A DNA stretch of 64,000 nt from contig BFEA01000007.1 in assembly GCA_003427395.1 (NCBI GenBank), positions 4,471,248-4,535,247 of the forward strand. Direction: 5' to 3'. The stretch is from Chara braunii (lineage: Eukaryota > Plantae > Charophyceae). The position numbers and the translations under genes were made by a program. Position 1 is the first letter of the stretch; the number at the start of each line of letters is the position of its first letter. This document shows, piece after piece, positions 23,126-34,934 of this stretch. Below the pieces are notes generated by a model. That model was not told where the DNA came from. It ran no database searches and saw only the letters and a list, made by a program, of their open reading frames with translations.

Positions 23126-24368
23126 CTACTGGCTTGTACTTGCGAATGCTTCCTTCCAGGATCTTTCTCCTAAAAAATGAACGGCTGGAATTGCCCGTGG
23201 TGTCTCGACCATTCGAGGCTGGATACTGATCAATTTTCCATTTAGGCAGTAACCCCTTTGGACTTCTCCCTCAAACTTGGCGAGTGTGGTCGGGTTCACA
23301 CCCATTTTGTGGTACCTGATGACTTTGATGAGGTGCAGTAGGTCCGGAACTTCCAGTGTTATCCGGGCCTCCTCATCTCGGGCCTCCTTCGGTCTACGCA
23401 ACTTGGCTCCCAATTCGACCTCTGTCTCTTTCTCTACTACCATTACTCCTAGGGCATCGTCCTCATGTCTGCGCTTTTTCTGTGGTAGCCCCATTTTGAT
23501 CCACTCCTTTTTGTTGAATGCTTCTTCGATCATAATTTCTACCCTTTTATCTCATCCCTTTCATCCGCGCGAAGGCCCCCTTTCTTGCGCTCTCTTCAAA
23601 TGATGGTGACCATGTTGCTAATTTTCCCTTTGGCGTGTCCCCGCCTGTTCCAATGAGACGGAGCAGCTCCCCACGTCCTGTCACCGGGTCTTCTATGTCT
23701 ACCATGTATGTCCCATCATGCAGGTGCATTCCTATCATCTTCACATTTGCACACCAAGGTCTCTCAAGGATTACGTCGTGATCCATCTCGTCCATCACGG
23801 TCATCCGCTGGAAGGACCAAATTGACTCCCAGACCCCAGCTTTGACTGCCTACTTAGTAACATACCCAGAGAAGGGAATTTCCCCGCCTGCCCCTCGGAT
23901 GCTTCCAGTTGTTTCCTTATTTATTGGGCATCTCGTAGCCTTTGCAAAATCTTTCCTGATGAGCGTAATCTCAGCCCCGCCGTCTACCAATGTGTCAGTA
24001 TGGTGACGTCCGACCTGGACTTTCAACTTGCCTACAGGTAGTGCATGAAAACTAAGCTTCGTTCCGGGTGGCGCTCTCATAACTTCGCCGCCTTCCTGGT
24101 CGGGCAGGCTTAGTTGGATGTCTGCGAAAACCTTTTCCAGGTCTTCTAGGTCTCTGGGAATCCTTTGAAGGTTGGCGGCCTCTTGCGGTGCCTCTTCCTC
24201 CTTTTCCTCCCCCTGCGGTTGCGGTCCTTCCTCTACTTCTATTCTTTGTCTTGTCAGCAACTGCCTGAGGCCTTTTAGGAGCCTAGGGCTTGCCTGCAAC
24301 ATGGTTTGAAACGAGACCGACACCATGGTTTCTAGCAGTTTGTTAAGGGTGTCGTCGATCTCGAGCAT
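23126..24368 (-). pseudogene. pol: Retropepsin-like aspartic protease and spacer, disrupted
   Basis: LVDGGAEITLI active-site motif, IRGAGG flap, DVILERPW (ILG.PW-like). Confidence 0.88.
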
Positions 24369-24601
24369 AGCCAGAATAGGGATCTGGTACCGAAACTTCT
24401 TTTTCGTCGAGGTTGCTTTGTCTATCGGGGCTTCATCTCTAGGCTTACCGTAAACCCTTTCCTATTTCTGCGCCTCAGTTTCCTGCGGTGCTCCCGGACC
24501 ATCCCCTACATCTTCCATGACTGCGTCCTTACGTTTACCCGGTCTCGGTCGTCGCTTTCTAAGATAAAGTTGACCTGCGGTCCGCGTCCTCGTGCCTGTT
24601 C

Positions 24602-26361
24602 CTAGACAAGATCCGCCACGGTCTCGGCTTCTACCGTGGTGACGTCAAGATTGTTGAGTGCTATTACGACCCGGCGCATTCCTTCCGGGGAGTTCCAATT
24701 TACCTTCTCTCCTTGGGGACCTATGATTTTCCCTCGCAGCGTCCTAGAGCACCTTTTGTGCATGATATCGTGGTTGAGCTTTGGACATGCGCGCACATAG
24801 TGTCCAACCAGCGTGCAATATTTGCACTGCTTATTGGCTGAATCTCTTCTATTGATCCCTCGGCTAACTATTCCTGTCGGAGCCACAACTTCTTGTGGTG
24901 GTAAGGGGGGTCGCACCGCCTGGTTTTGCATCACCTGGGCTTGCATCACCATTAGTGCATTTTCTACCCTCTCGATTTTCCCATCTACCTCATGGACACG
25001 CTCATGCAGGCTTTCAATCCCTTTTTTTACCTTGTCAACCATCTTGCCGGTTAGGTCTATGACCTCTCCCTCCTTCAGCATGGCCAGCGAGTCGGTTACA
25101 ACCATCTTCTCCGCGATATCTGTTATGGTACTGAAGCCAACGTCCCTCGTGTTCAAAAACTTCGTGGTCTGTTGGTAGGCGGACATGATCTTATCCTTAT
25201 CAAATTCGGTGAATTGCCTGAGGAAGTACTTGCTCATTATCTGGTCGGTTACCCCCGGGATGCGCAACGCCATGAGAGTCAATTCCCTCAGGAAATCGTT
25301 ATATGTTGCAAAGTTCTTTCTTTGCACCGCGGCCAGCTCTGTCTCCGTAGCCATTTTCTAGGCCGCCAGATATTTCCGCATCATTATGTCCCTGGCCTCC
25401 TTCCAGGATCCGCTGGTTGCGACAATAAACATTATATCCCTCCCTAGGTTCAATGACACATGTTGCCCTAAGTGTTCCATCTTCTCTTCCTCACTCCACT
25501 TTAGAAGTGCTGCCAAGTTCTCATAGTCTATCAAGAATTTTGTGCGATTGGCCCCATCGAATGTCAGCTTCTTCTTGGCATCCGCCAAGTACCCCTGATT
25601 TTTATTTAGTGCACACGTGAGGAAGAACACCATTTTCTTAAGTCCCCCATCGGTCCCTCTTATTCCACCAGCGTTGTCGGAGCCTTGTTCTTCCTTACCA
25701 GCCCCCGCCCCTTCTCCGGGCTTTGTTGTTCCTTCTTGGTCGAACCATCCTAGCACCCTCTATCTTAAGCTCCAGAGCCCCTCGCACCCCCTTGCGATTA
25801 TCGATGACACCGCTGGCCGGCTTGCCCCGCTATCTATGGCCGGCGGGTAGGTAGTCTTGGAGATTTTGTTTTCTCCTTTCTTTTCTTGGTTGGCGCCTCC
25901 CTATGCTCCCCAGCCGTATCCTTCTTCCTTTTTATGACATCATCTCGGCTTCCCCGCCCCTGGTTTGTTTCTTCATTCGGCCTTTCTCCGGCGAAGTCCC
26001 CCTCTCCTTCGTTCATCATTTCCTCCAAGAGTTTTGCTTTATATTTCGTCGTTCTCCTTTCTATCTCAGCTAGTTTCTTCTGGGTGTCCGTTAGTCTCAC
26101 CTTCTTTGACAGTGCGCCCTCAGATGCCCGCCGCGCCGGATTCCCTTTATTCTTATCTCCTCTAGTTTCCTGAGTTCCTCGTTTACTCCGTCCGACTTTT
26201 TTGGAACTTTCCCCGGTTGTCACGTCCTTTCTTCCCTCTGTAGTCCCTTCTGGATTTGCCGACTCTCGGTCCCTTACGGATCCCTCGTTCTGTTCTACGT
26301 CTTTTTCCATGTCCTGACTTCCTTTGCGCCGCAGGTTCCCAGCCTCTTCCTCTGTCGCCAT
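24602..26361 (-). pseudogene. gag: Gag with CCHC zinc knuckle, split by stops/frameshifts
   Basis: CKYCTLVGHYVRAC (C-x2-C-x4-H-x4-C), FDGAN.TKFL.DYE capsid-like motif, charged N-terminal segment from ATG 26361. Confidence 0.88.
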
Positions 26362-26408
26362 CCTTTTCTAATCCTGCACATAGAATTTTTCTTTTCGAAA
26401 ATGGCCAG

Positions 26409-26525
26409 TTGCTTTCTATGGGAGCCGTATTCGCTCTATTTGCAGGATTCTACTATTGGATAGGCAAATCTCTTGACTTCAATATCCAGAAACCTTAGGT
26501 CAAATTCATTTTTGGATTACTTTTC
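26409..26525 (+). pseudogene. cox1: Mitochondrial cox1 fragment (NUMT), ~117 bp
   Basis: Translates LSMGAVFALFAGFYYWIGK then, after a 1-nt frameshift, LQYPETLGQIHFWITF, matching plant COX1; Trp is TGG. Confidence 0.92.
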
Positions 26526-26942
26526 ACAGCTCTCCAGATTTCCAGACCCTAAGGTTCTCCCTATCTTTGCCATTTCGATATTTTTTTTGTTTTATATTGG
26601 TCGTGGCAGGCTTATCCGTCTCTTCTCACTTTGCGGGGTACCGCTTGTCTTTTCCTGTCGGAAAACCTGCTGCCGAGGTTTGGTGTTTTGTCACTACAGC
26701 GCCTCGGTTCTAAGGTGGTGTGTCCATGGTGGGTGGACCCTCCTTTCGAAAATGACTTTTTGCCTTCCCAACCTTTGGATACCCCTAGCGCCCTTGGTGG
26801 TAATTGCCATCCTAGTCCCTTCCTGGCACACCCTTAGATAGAGTGGGGTCCAGCCACTATTCTCCGCAGGTCGCTATTCTCGCTTTCGTTTTTATCATTT
26901 TCTTGCTAGACTTTACCTCTGCCACCCTCCCCGATATTTTTC

Positions 26943-27726
26943 TCACACCGGTTCCTCAGGCCGGTCCTGTTCGTTAGGTTCTACGAACAGGTTAGCCACC
27001 CCCGCAAGGTAATTTTCCCCCATTCCTATTTCTCTGATAATTATTGACTCGTATTCTTCAAAAGCCAGGCGTGGCGCCCCGAATATCAGGATCTCGATGA
27101 GTTCTAGTAATTCACGGGTCTGGTTTTCCCAAAACGGCCCGTGTCTTACCGACACGTCATAAAACATTCCCGTTGTTTGTGGTTGGAAATGGTGGATCCA
27201 GGTTAGGGTTGAGTACACCAAGTCCCTCGCCCTCGAGAGGCTGCCGAATACCAGATCGATCATGAAGCGGGGTACTTGACACCGCAACCCTGCCATCGGG
27301 ACTCTGAATTCTCGCCATCCTCCTACTTCCCCCCGAGTTCTTAGTCCCACATTTCTTCTCCCCCGGACTTCCTAACCTATCCGATTTAGTGCCCTAGCCG
27401 CCCTCCGAAAGATTCGCAGCAGCCCATGCCCTAGTGCCACCTCGGTACCTAGCATGTGCCATCCAATTTCCGGTAGATACACGGTCCCCGTCACCCTCAG
27501 GTCGGTGCATAAATCGTCTCCTGGTCCCCTGTTGAATCTCATACCGCTCCACATATATTCTACCATCATGAAGGTGGTCCCGCCCTAAGGTCACAACTCT
27601 CCATTCCGTTTCAAGTCCTCAGACTTCATAGCTTGTCGGGAGCGGTACCTCGCATTCGTTACTGCCTTCCGTGGGTGGTCGAGGATGCGTGGGTCGTCGC
27701 GACGTTCGGGTGCGTCTCATCGCCAT
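26943..27726 (-). pseudogene. Accessory paralogue D (unknown family), disrupted
   Basis: MAMRR...EVPLPT; GTVYLPEIGWH; GGWREFRVP; YDVSVRHGPFWEN; EIGMGENYL. Confidence 0.75.
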
Positions 27727-27868
27727 CGCCAGTAGGTGGGTTCCTGCATAGTTCAGACAGAAAGCGAGTTCCCCTTATTCCATCCGCTCCCTCGGTCATT
27801 GCTAGCTATCCTCCTGCTTTCTTACCCCATCCTTTTTGTCACCCTTGGTTTTCTTTTCCTTTCTCTTA

Positions 27869-28641
27869 TCAGCCTACCTCTTCCTCCGGTGACTCGAACA
27901 AATGATAGACATCGTCTAGGTAGGTCATTCCGCGATTTACTTCGTGCCTAATGATTTCCCACATGGTCTCATCACTTATTCGCAAAATCCCTTGTCTAGT
28001 AGTCACGGCCGCCCGTAATATACACAGGACTTCATATCCCGGTTCATCCTCAAAGGGTCCCATTTTTAGGAAGGTCCGATAGTACTCTCGATATACTGAT
28101 ATTTCTTCAAAGCTTAGCCTAGTCAATGCGGCTACCGCCTTCTCAACTCGTTTCGCGCCTCCCATTCGTCTTAGTAGGAAGGTGGCAGGGTCATCCGAAC
28201 GATCTCGGTTGGCAGGTCAAAGGTTCCTGCCATGACAATTCCTACTTCCGCCGTTACATTGTCCCGTTCCAGATCCGTGAACTCAAACCCTTCTCGCCAG
28301 GTTATTTGCCATGCTCCTTTGAACATTCACAAGGGGTCACCTCCGGAGGCCAAGGTGATCCCAAAGGTCTACCATCCTTCCTCTGACAAGTATAGCGATC
28401 CCGCGGCATGCACACGTTCTGGGAGATCCAAATTCACGCCCCCGAATGCCCCTTTCGCACACCATTCCATTTCCACTACTAAGTATACTGTGTCTTCCAC
28501 CAACTCTACCCCTACCCAATCCATTATCGGGTTGCTTACCCCACTTTTTGCTGGCAGACTCATCTCAAACCTGCCGTCCAATGTTCTTGGCGGCAGAATC
28601 CCGCGAGGTCTGTCCTCCCAAAACGTCATTCGCCGAGCCAT
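27869..28641 (-). pseudogene. Accessory paralogue C (unknown family), disrupted
   Basis: MARR...FEMSLP; GSLYLSEEGW; YYRTFLKMGPFEDE; EVNRGMTYL. Confidence 0.75.
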
Positions 28642-28842
28642 CCTCTGATGTCGCTCTTCCTTGCTCTCCTTTGTTCGACTGCTGCATCTACCAAGATTTC
28701 GTATTTTCCTAGTTTAGTCCTTCTGCGTTTCTTACCTATCGTACACTAGTTCTTGCCGCTATTCCCGCCCTGTACACATACAGATCCTTTCCCTCTTGCT
28801 GGTCGTTGACACCTCCTCTTGTCAGCTCGCTGGGCGTTAGGC

Positions 28843-29594
28843 TCATACCCATAGTACCTCGAACAATAGGAACACGTCACCTATATAGGAAGGGGTCGCT
28901 GCCACCTCTCGACGGAGTATTGCATCCCCGGTCTTGTCATCCACTTCGAGCCGGTCTTCCTTGAAAATTTTCAGGATCTCGACTACTTCCTTTGCCCTAT
29001 CTCCAGGGAAGGGTCCTTCCTCTAGCGAAATCCGGTAGTAAGCATCAGCCAATCATGCGAATCCTAAGTCCACCTCATCCAGAGACTTTGCCACCGCGCG
29101 GATATGTTCAAACCCGCCGAACCAATCTGCCACGAAGCGCAGCAACCAAGCTTGGACTAACTGGTACGGCAGCCTAAGCTCCTTCCATCCACCTATCACG
29201 ACCCTACTGTTCACAGCATCCCAACCTTTGTTGGCAAAGTCATAGCCCATGCCCTGAGTCCGGCGCTCGGCCTCCCTTAAGATCCACATCGGGTTTTGCC
29301 CGGATGCTAATGCTACACAGAACAGATGCCAACCCTTCTCCGACAGGTACACCGTTCCGAGGGCTTCCACATTCCCTTCGTCTATGTCATCCCATCCTTC
29401 CTCCTCCCTGACCGGATTCCATACCCTCTCTACCCATAGAATGACAATGCAGGCGCAATCTCCTCCTCTACCCAGTCGCAAACCGTCCCTTGCCATTTGT
29501 TTCTTGTCGGCAAGGTCATTTCTACCCCCCCTTCAAGTCGTCTTGGCGCCCATCCTCTAAACATTCGCTCCCTTACGCTCTGTCCTCTAGCCAT
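28843..29594 (-). pseudogene. Accessory paralogue B (unknown family), disrupted
   Basis: MARG...VEMTLPT; GTVYLSEKGWH; GGWKELRLP; YYRISLEEGPFPGD; EVAATPSYI. Confidence 0.75.
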
Positions 29595-29621
29595 GCCTGT
29601 CCCCTGTACAACGCCAACCAT

Positions 29622-30504
29622 TCACGCCGCCCATGAGCCCATCCCTCGGAAGTCCCAATCCTTAATCGCCTCATCCTCTTCTTCCTCGGTGAGATAGTCT
29701 TCTTCCTCATACCACAGGTCCTTTAGCCCCTCTAGAAATGTTTCCCCGATTGCCACATTCTTGTAGACTATTTTCCAGTGGACGGTGCTTAGGACAAACA
29801 CGTCGTCCGTGCAGAGACAGTTTAGTGTCTCGGCTAGCTCCCTCGCCCAGTTCTCTTCGAAGGGTCCCATCTCGACCGATAGACGGAAGAAGTCATGTCG
29901 GGCACCTTGGTACAGCCCGAGGTTCCTCATGGACTGGCATATCCGCACCAGCCTACTCCGGGTCCCGAAGACAGCATCCACCAAAAAGGGGGGCAACACA
30001 CATCTCATCGTTTTGACGGGACGCCTCACGCTCCCCCTATCCCCGAGTTCCACTCACACGTCTACCCTTTCCATTTCCATTTCTGCCTGTTGACATGCGG
30101 CTCATACAACCTCTCTTTCCTCCTTCCTAAGCCATTCGTCCGGCATAGTTCCTAGTACCAAGTCTATGACTATAGCGTTCTCCCCTTTTTGCGACAAGTA
30201 GAGTCAATTAGTAGACCCACCCTCGGGCTTCCACCGTCCCTCGGAACTCCAAATCCATTAGGCTTGGCGACAACCTTGTCAGACTGACCTTATTCCATAT
30301 CGTTTCTATCCAAAGGAATGCATCCTCCTCGTCCAGCATTACGGTTTGATAGGCTGGCTCTAGATCTGTCCACGTTCCTTCTTTCGAGAGAACGACCGAT
30401 ACCCCATCCTTTACATCTACCGGCATTTTCGGACTGCTGGTATAGATCGGGGATGACAAGTTGACAACCACATCTTGTTTGCAGCACCCGACCCCTGCTT
30501 CCAT
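29622..30504 (-). pseudogene. Accessory paralogue A (unknown family), disrupted
   Basis: LWIETIWN, VEARGWVY; PPFLVDAVFG; FFRLSVEMGPFEENWAREL; NVAIGETFL. Confidence 0.72.
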
Positions 30505-32149
30505 AAAAGAGGCACCGAACGGCCCCTCCCGTTAGGTCAACCCTCGTCCTAGACGAGAATTATTTCAGACCCCTCATCCGGGTCTTCCTACTCTACTTCC
30601 CCATTTTTAAGTACCACCCCTCCATAGTACACTCAGTCGGCCAGCACTATCCAACATTCCTTTCTTTTGGTTCTGTTCCGACTGACCTCTATCCTGCCCC
30701 CTTTCCATCATCTCTCACTCGTGTGGACTGACGTGGGGAGGTGGGAATAGACTAGAATTACAGCCTGCACAACAGTTCGGCCTCAATTAACCTTTACAGA
30801 GGGGGAATACGAAGGAAAAAAATTCAGGCAATCTCACATACGGGTCGGTCATCTCCTCACCGGCCTTCTCCAATATGGTCTCTCCGCTGGTACTTTCGGC
30901 AGAGTTTTATCCCATACCTCAAGCGCAGCTCAACCGTCGCGAGCGAGGTACCAAGGCTCCGGCACAGGGTGTTACCCCTCTCCATTCACCCAAAATACCC
31001 CATCCCGTCTTGCCGCTCTTGCACACCTCGTTGGTACCGGGAATCACCCCGCGCACCCCGTTAGGAGCAAAAGTCAGTCGTCTGGGCATTCACTTTCATC
31101 GGTCCGATAAGAATCAGCCTTTCCCATGCCTTTCCGCGAGAAGCTACTAATCGTCTTCGAGGCTTCCTCCTTGCCTCGCATGCAATGGTCCTCCCCCGCC
31201 AGTCAACAGGCTAAGCCCCGTGTGAGGAAACGTTTCGCACCCCGCCTGGGTAAGGGCATCGATCTATGCTCGGACCGCCCGGGTGAGAATGCTACTAATC
31301 AACCGGCGTGACAGACTCCCGTCCGACAGCTCGGTGGCCTGACCTCCACACACGAAACCCGACGAACTTCAAAGAGAGCGACGTTTCTCACTCCCACACC
31401 AGCTGGTGCAGACCCATCCTTTCCTTCCGAAAGGCAGGACACTCAGTTCCCCACAGGCAGATCACAAGTCCCAAGCGGGACACACATAGAACAAGTGTCT
31501 TTCCCTTAGTGCTCCCAACGCTTTCTACCCATGTCTCACAGTTTTCTCTCAGGACTGTGCGTGCCGCTCTCCCCTAATTTCGATACATATTGGCTGGTTC
31601 CTTTTCGTGAGCATCTTCAAGGGTGAGCTAGTTTTCTTTGGAGTCTAGCAACTCCCTTCATTCCCTTTTTCTTCTTTCGTGTGTCTTTTTATAGGGTAAG
31701 ATTGTTCCTTCTTGATGACCCTTGTGTTCATGTAGGTTCCTTCAAGCATTTCAAGTGTATAGTGCATGAGTCCGCTGGGCTCAAAGAAGAAGAGAGGAGG
31801 GTACCCACTCGGTCGGATCACTCCACCGCGGGATTTTTATTGGACCCCGGCCGAAGCCGAAGGACCAACTGCCTGCCAGGTAACCTGCGACTCGCCCAAG
31901 GCTTCCCGGACTGGCGAACACCAGCACCGAACGAAGGAGGGCTAGAGCCATTCCACAAGGAGATGGTTAATCAAGTGCTCAACATGCATGATATACCTCC
32001 AGGTCTGGCCATGCCATGCGCCCAGCCACTCTCAAGTCTGATTCTTTCAAGGGGTAGAGCAAGCACAAGTCCAATTTCCTCATCCTTAGTTGTGTACACG
32101 GCCAAGCGTAGGACGCCCCCTTCGGAATCGCATGGGTCAGTTTAACCCT

Positions 32150-32168
32150 ATACCCGACATCTCCACCC
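32150..32168 (-). promoter_or_regulatory. Primer-binding site complementary to tRNA-Ala 3' end
   Basis: Plus strand ATACCCGACATCTCCACCC versus recalled plant tRNA-Ala 3' end ATACCCCGCATCTCCACCA; 4 nt inside the LTR edge. Confidence 0.8.
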
Positions 32169-32172
32169 TTTT

Positions 32173-33801
32173 TGTAGGGCCAAACCCCGGTAGACTTTCG
32201 AGCCTTGGTCAACCCCACTGCGGGTCCCAGTTGGCTCGGTCCACCCACGCTCATGCTCAGGGAGCGGGCCGTTCGCCGCAGGGTCACCTCCACCTAGTGT
32301 TTTGAGATGGATGGGGGCGGGTCATCGCGCGAGAGGGCTTTGACATTGGGGATGTAGTTCAACCCTCACGCCGGGTGGTAGTCTCGCTGGTGATTTTCGC
32401 AAAAGCAAATTTTTTATTCTTGATTATGTTTGCAGGCAATTGCTCCTTCTAATACTCAGGCAGTCCAAGAAGGTTTATTCAAAATTTCTCTTCTTTATGT
32501 GCGTAGGCTAAGCGTCATCCTTAGGCCATGCACCATTTTCCTAAACACAACAGTCCTACGACATCATCCGGGTGCGGTACCGCCGTCTTTCCCCTAGCCC
32601 CCCGCCTATTTATTTTTTTTGTTTGACACATGCATCCCGTCCATAGTTCCGTTGCCTGCCCTTCAACGGAAAAATTTCCTAAAATTAAATAATCATTCTA
32701 TCGTAAAATTACCATCTGAATTTTAAAATTTCATTTCATCTTAAAAAATATCATTCAAATTTTAAAATTTTTCATCTGACTTGCAAACTTTCATTCCAAA
32801 AATAGGGTATCCCTTCTTATTTGGACTGCATTTTAGAGATGGAATGAAAGTCTGGATGAGTTCATGAAATATTTTAATTGGGCTGTCATTCTAAGTAAGG
32901 ATTTACAATCATTAATAGGTTAATCCAATCCAAATTAGAAGATATTTGTTGTAGTGGAATGAAAATTTAATTAAAATATTTCATAAACTCGTCCAGGCTT
33001 TCATTCCATCTTGAACAAATAGATGTAGTTGGAATGGAAAGCTCATATTTAGACGGGAATGTATCAGATAAAACTGAAAATTTTAGAGTTGGACAAGCAT
33101 TGGAATGATAATTTATTAATATGAAGGATTTTTTTTATGGAATGTTTTTTCAACTTTCATTTCTTGTGGGAATTTTTCTGTTGTTACTCTTTCCGGGCTT
33201 TCACGTTGCATGCAAAAAATCACTCCACTCTTTCATCATGCAAGGCCACGCCCCTCCTTCGATCCTTTGCCCAAAGCATCTTACACCAAGACCTGTCGCG
33301 GTAGAGTTTACACTGGGGCCTAAGGCCCCTCCACTCCTTCACCTCTCCCCCCTTTCGCCTGCGTGTCCGTGACCCAGTCCCGCTCAAGTCATCCCAAAGA
33401 GCGAAGGCAAAGACCGGTACAATCCTCTATTGGGGTCAACATATAGCCCTTCCCGCATGCCTACTTTTCCTTCGATGCTTTATCTTGCCCCATTCCTTTT
33501 GTCAAACACAACCAAGCTCTCTTCTTTTCATAGTCATGCAGTCCGGGTTCTGGTTGAGTCAACTGACCTTGCTTCAAGTTATACTTTTTCCCGGACTTTG
33601 CCTCCTCTCAGTCTTTCAAATGTCCTTCCTCTTTCCTTCTCTACGGCACAAGGGACCGACAACCCTTCCCTTGCCCTCTTTCTCCACCAAGTGACGACTG
33701 TTTTCTTTCACCGTTCGTTCCCTGTCACTGTAACAAGGTGAGTGGTGTAGGGTTATGTTTACGCCAAAGGGTGTAGGAGAGAGAGAGATAGCGAGATGAG
33801 G

Positions 33802-33873
<72 letters not shown>

Positions 33874-34934
33874 GAGAGAGATAGTAGGTGAGAGGGAGGA
33901 GAGAGGATGAGAGCGAGGAAGAGATAGGAAGAGGGAGAGAGAAAAAAAAAAGAACGAAGGAGAGGGAGAAAGGCAACTAGTCCTAATCAAATCATTCGTC
34001 CGTAGTCGCAGCCAAATGTCGGTCACCCATCCCACAGTTGTAGCAGCCAAATGTCGGTCACCCATCCCTCAGTTGTAGCAGCCAAATGCCGGTCAGCCAT
34101 CCCACAGTTGTAGCAGCCAAATGTCGGTCACCCATCCCACAGTTGAAGAATAAATAAGTGTGAAACGGAACACTACCACTCACATGAACGTGACAAAGTG
34201 AAGGTCGAACTAGTGAAAGCACATGCTTATGGGTGGAAGAACAACTAAGTGCGGAACGGAATACTACCACACACATGAACTTGGCAAGTGAGAGTGACAG
34301 TAGTAAAAGCTCAATACATGAGAAGTTGAACAGCCAAATGAGAACCGGAGCACTACCACGAGTACGAACTTGACAAGGTGAGAATAAGCACATACACATG
34401 AGAAGTTGAACAACCAAATGAGAACCGGAATACTACCAAGTCATGAACTTGACAAGATGAGAGAAAGCACATACACATAAGAAGTTGAACAGCCAAATGA
34501 GAACCGGAACACTACTAAGAGTATGGATTTGACAAGGTGAGGGTGAAAGCACATACACATGAGAAGTTGAACAGCCAAGGGAGAACCGGAACACTACTAA
34601 GTCATGAACTTGACAAGATGAGGGAAAACACATACATATGAGAAGTTGAATAGCCAAGTGAGAACCGGAATACTACTAAGTCATGAAGTTGACAAAATGA
34701 GAGAAAGCACATACATATGAGAAGTTGAACAGCCAAGTGAGGACCGGAACACTACCAAGAGTTTGAACTTGACAAAGTGAGAGTAAGCACATACACATGA
34801 GAAGTTGAACAACCAAAAGAGAACCGGATTACTACTAAGTCATGAACTTGACAAGATGAGAGAAAACACATATACATGAGAAGTTGAACAGCCAGGTGAG
34901 AACCGGAACACTCCTAAGTCATGAAGTTGACAAG
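32173..34934 (-). repeat. 5' LTR remnant (U5 side), truncated at 34934
   Basis: Roughly 90% similar by eye to 3313-6965, with the same repeat arrays. Confidence 0.88.
32664..33183. mobile_element. AT-rich MITE with ~16-bp TIR and 2-bp TSD (TT), possibly CACTA/CMC-like
   Basis: Absent from the 3' LTR at ~3802; ends CAACGGAAAAATTTCC ... GGGAATTTTTCTGTTG. Confidence 0.8.

Larger units (their letters stand above)
3313..34934 (-). mobile_element. Giant Ty3/Gypsy LTR retrotransposon (non-chromovirus), 5' LTR truncated, degraded
   Basis: Direct repeats 3313-6965 and 32173-34934 share the TGTAGG edge. PBS lies next to 32173. Minus-strand gag-PR-RT-RH-INT order lies between them. Confidence 0.88.

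Noticed and set aside
32160-32172. AAAAGGGTGGAGA-TGTC read as PPT plus LTR start
   Set aside because: Better explained as a tRNA-Ala PBS next to the LTR edge; no partner LTR for 31-32 kb is seen.
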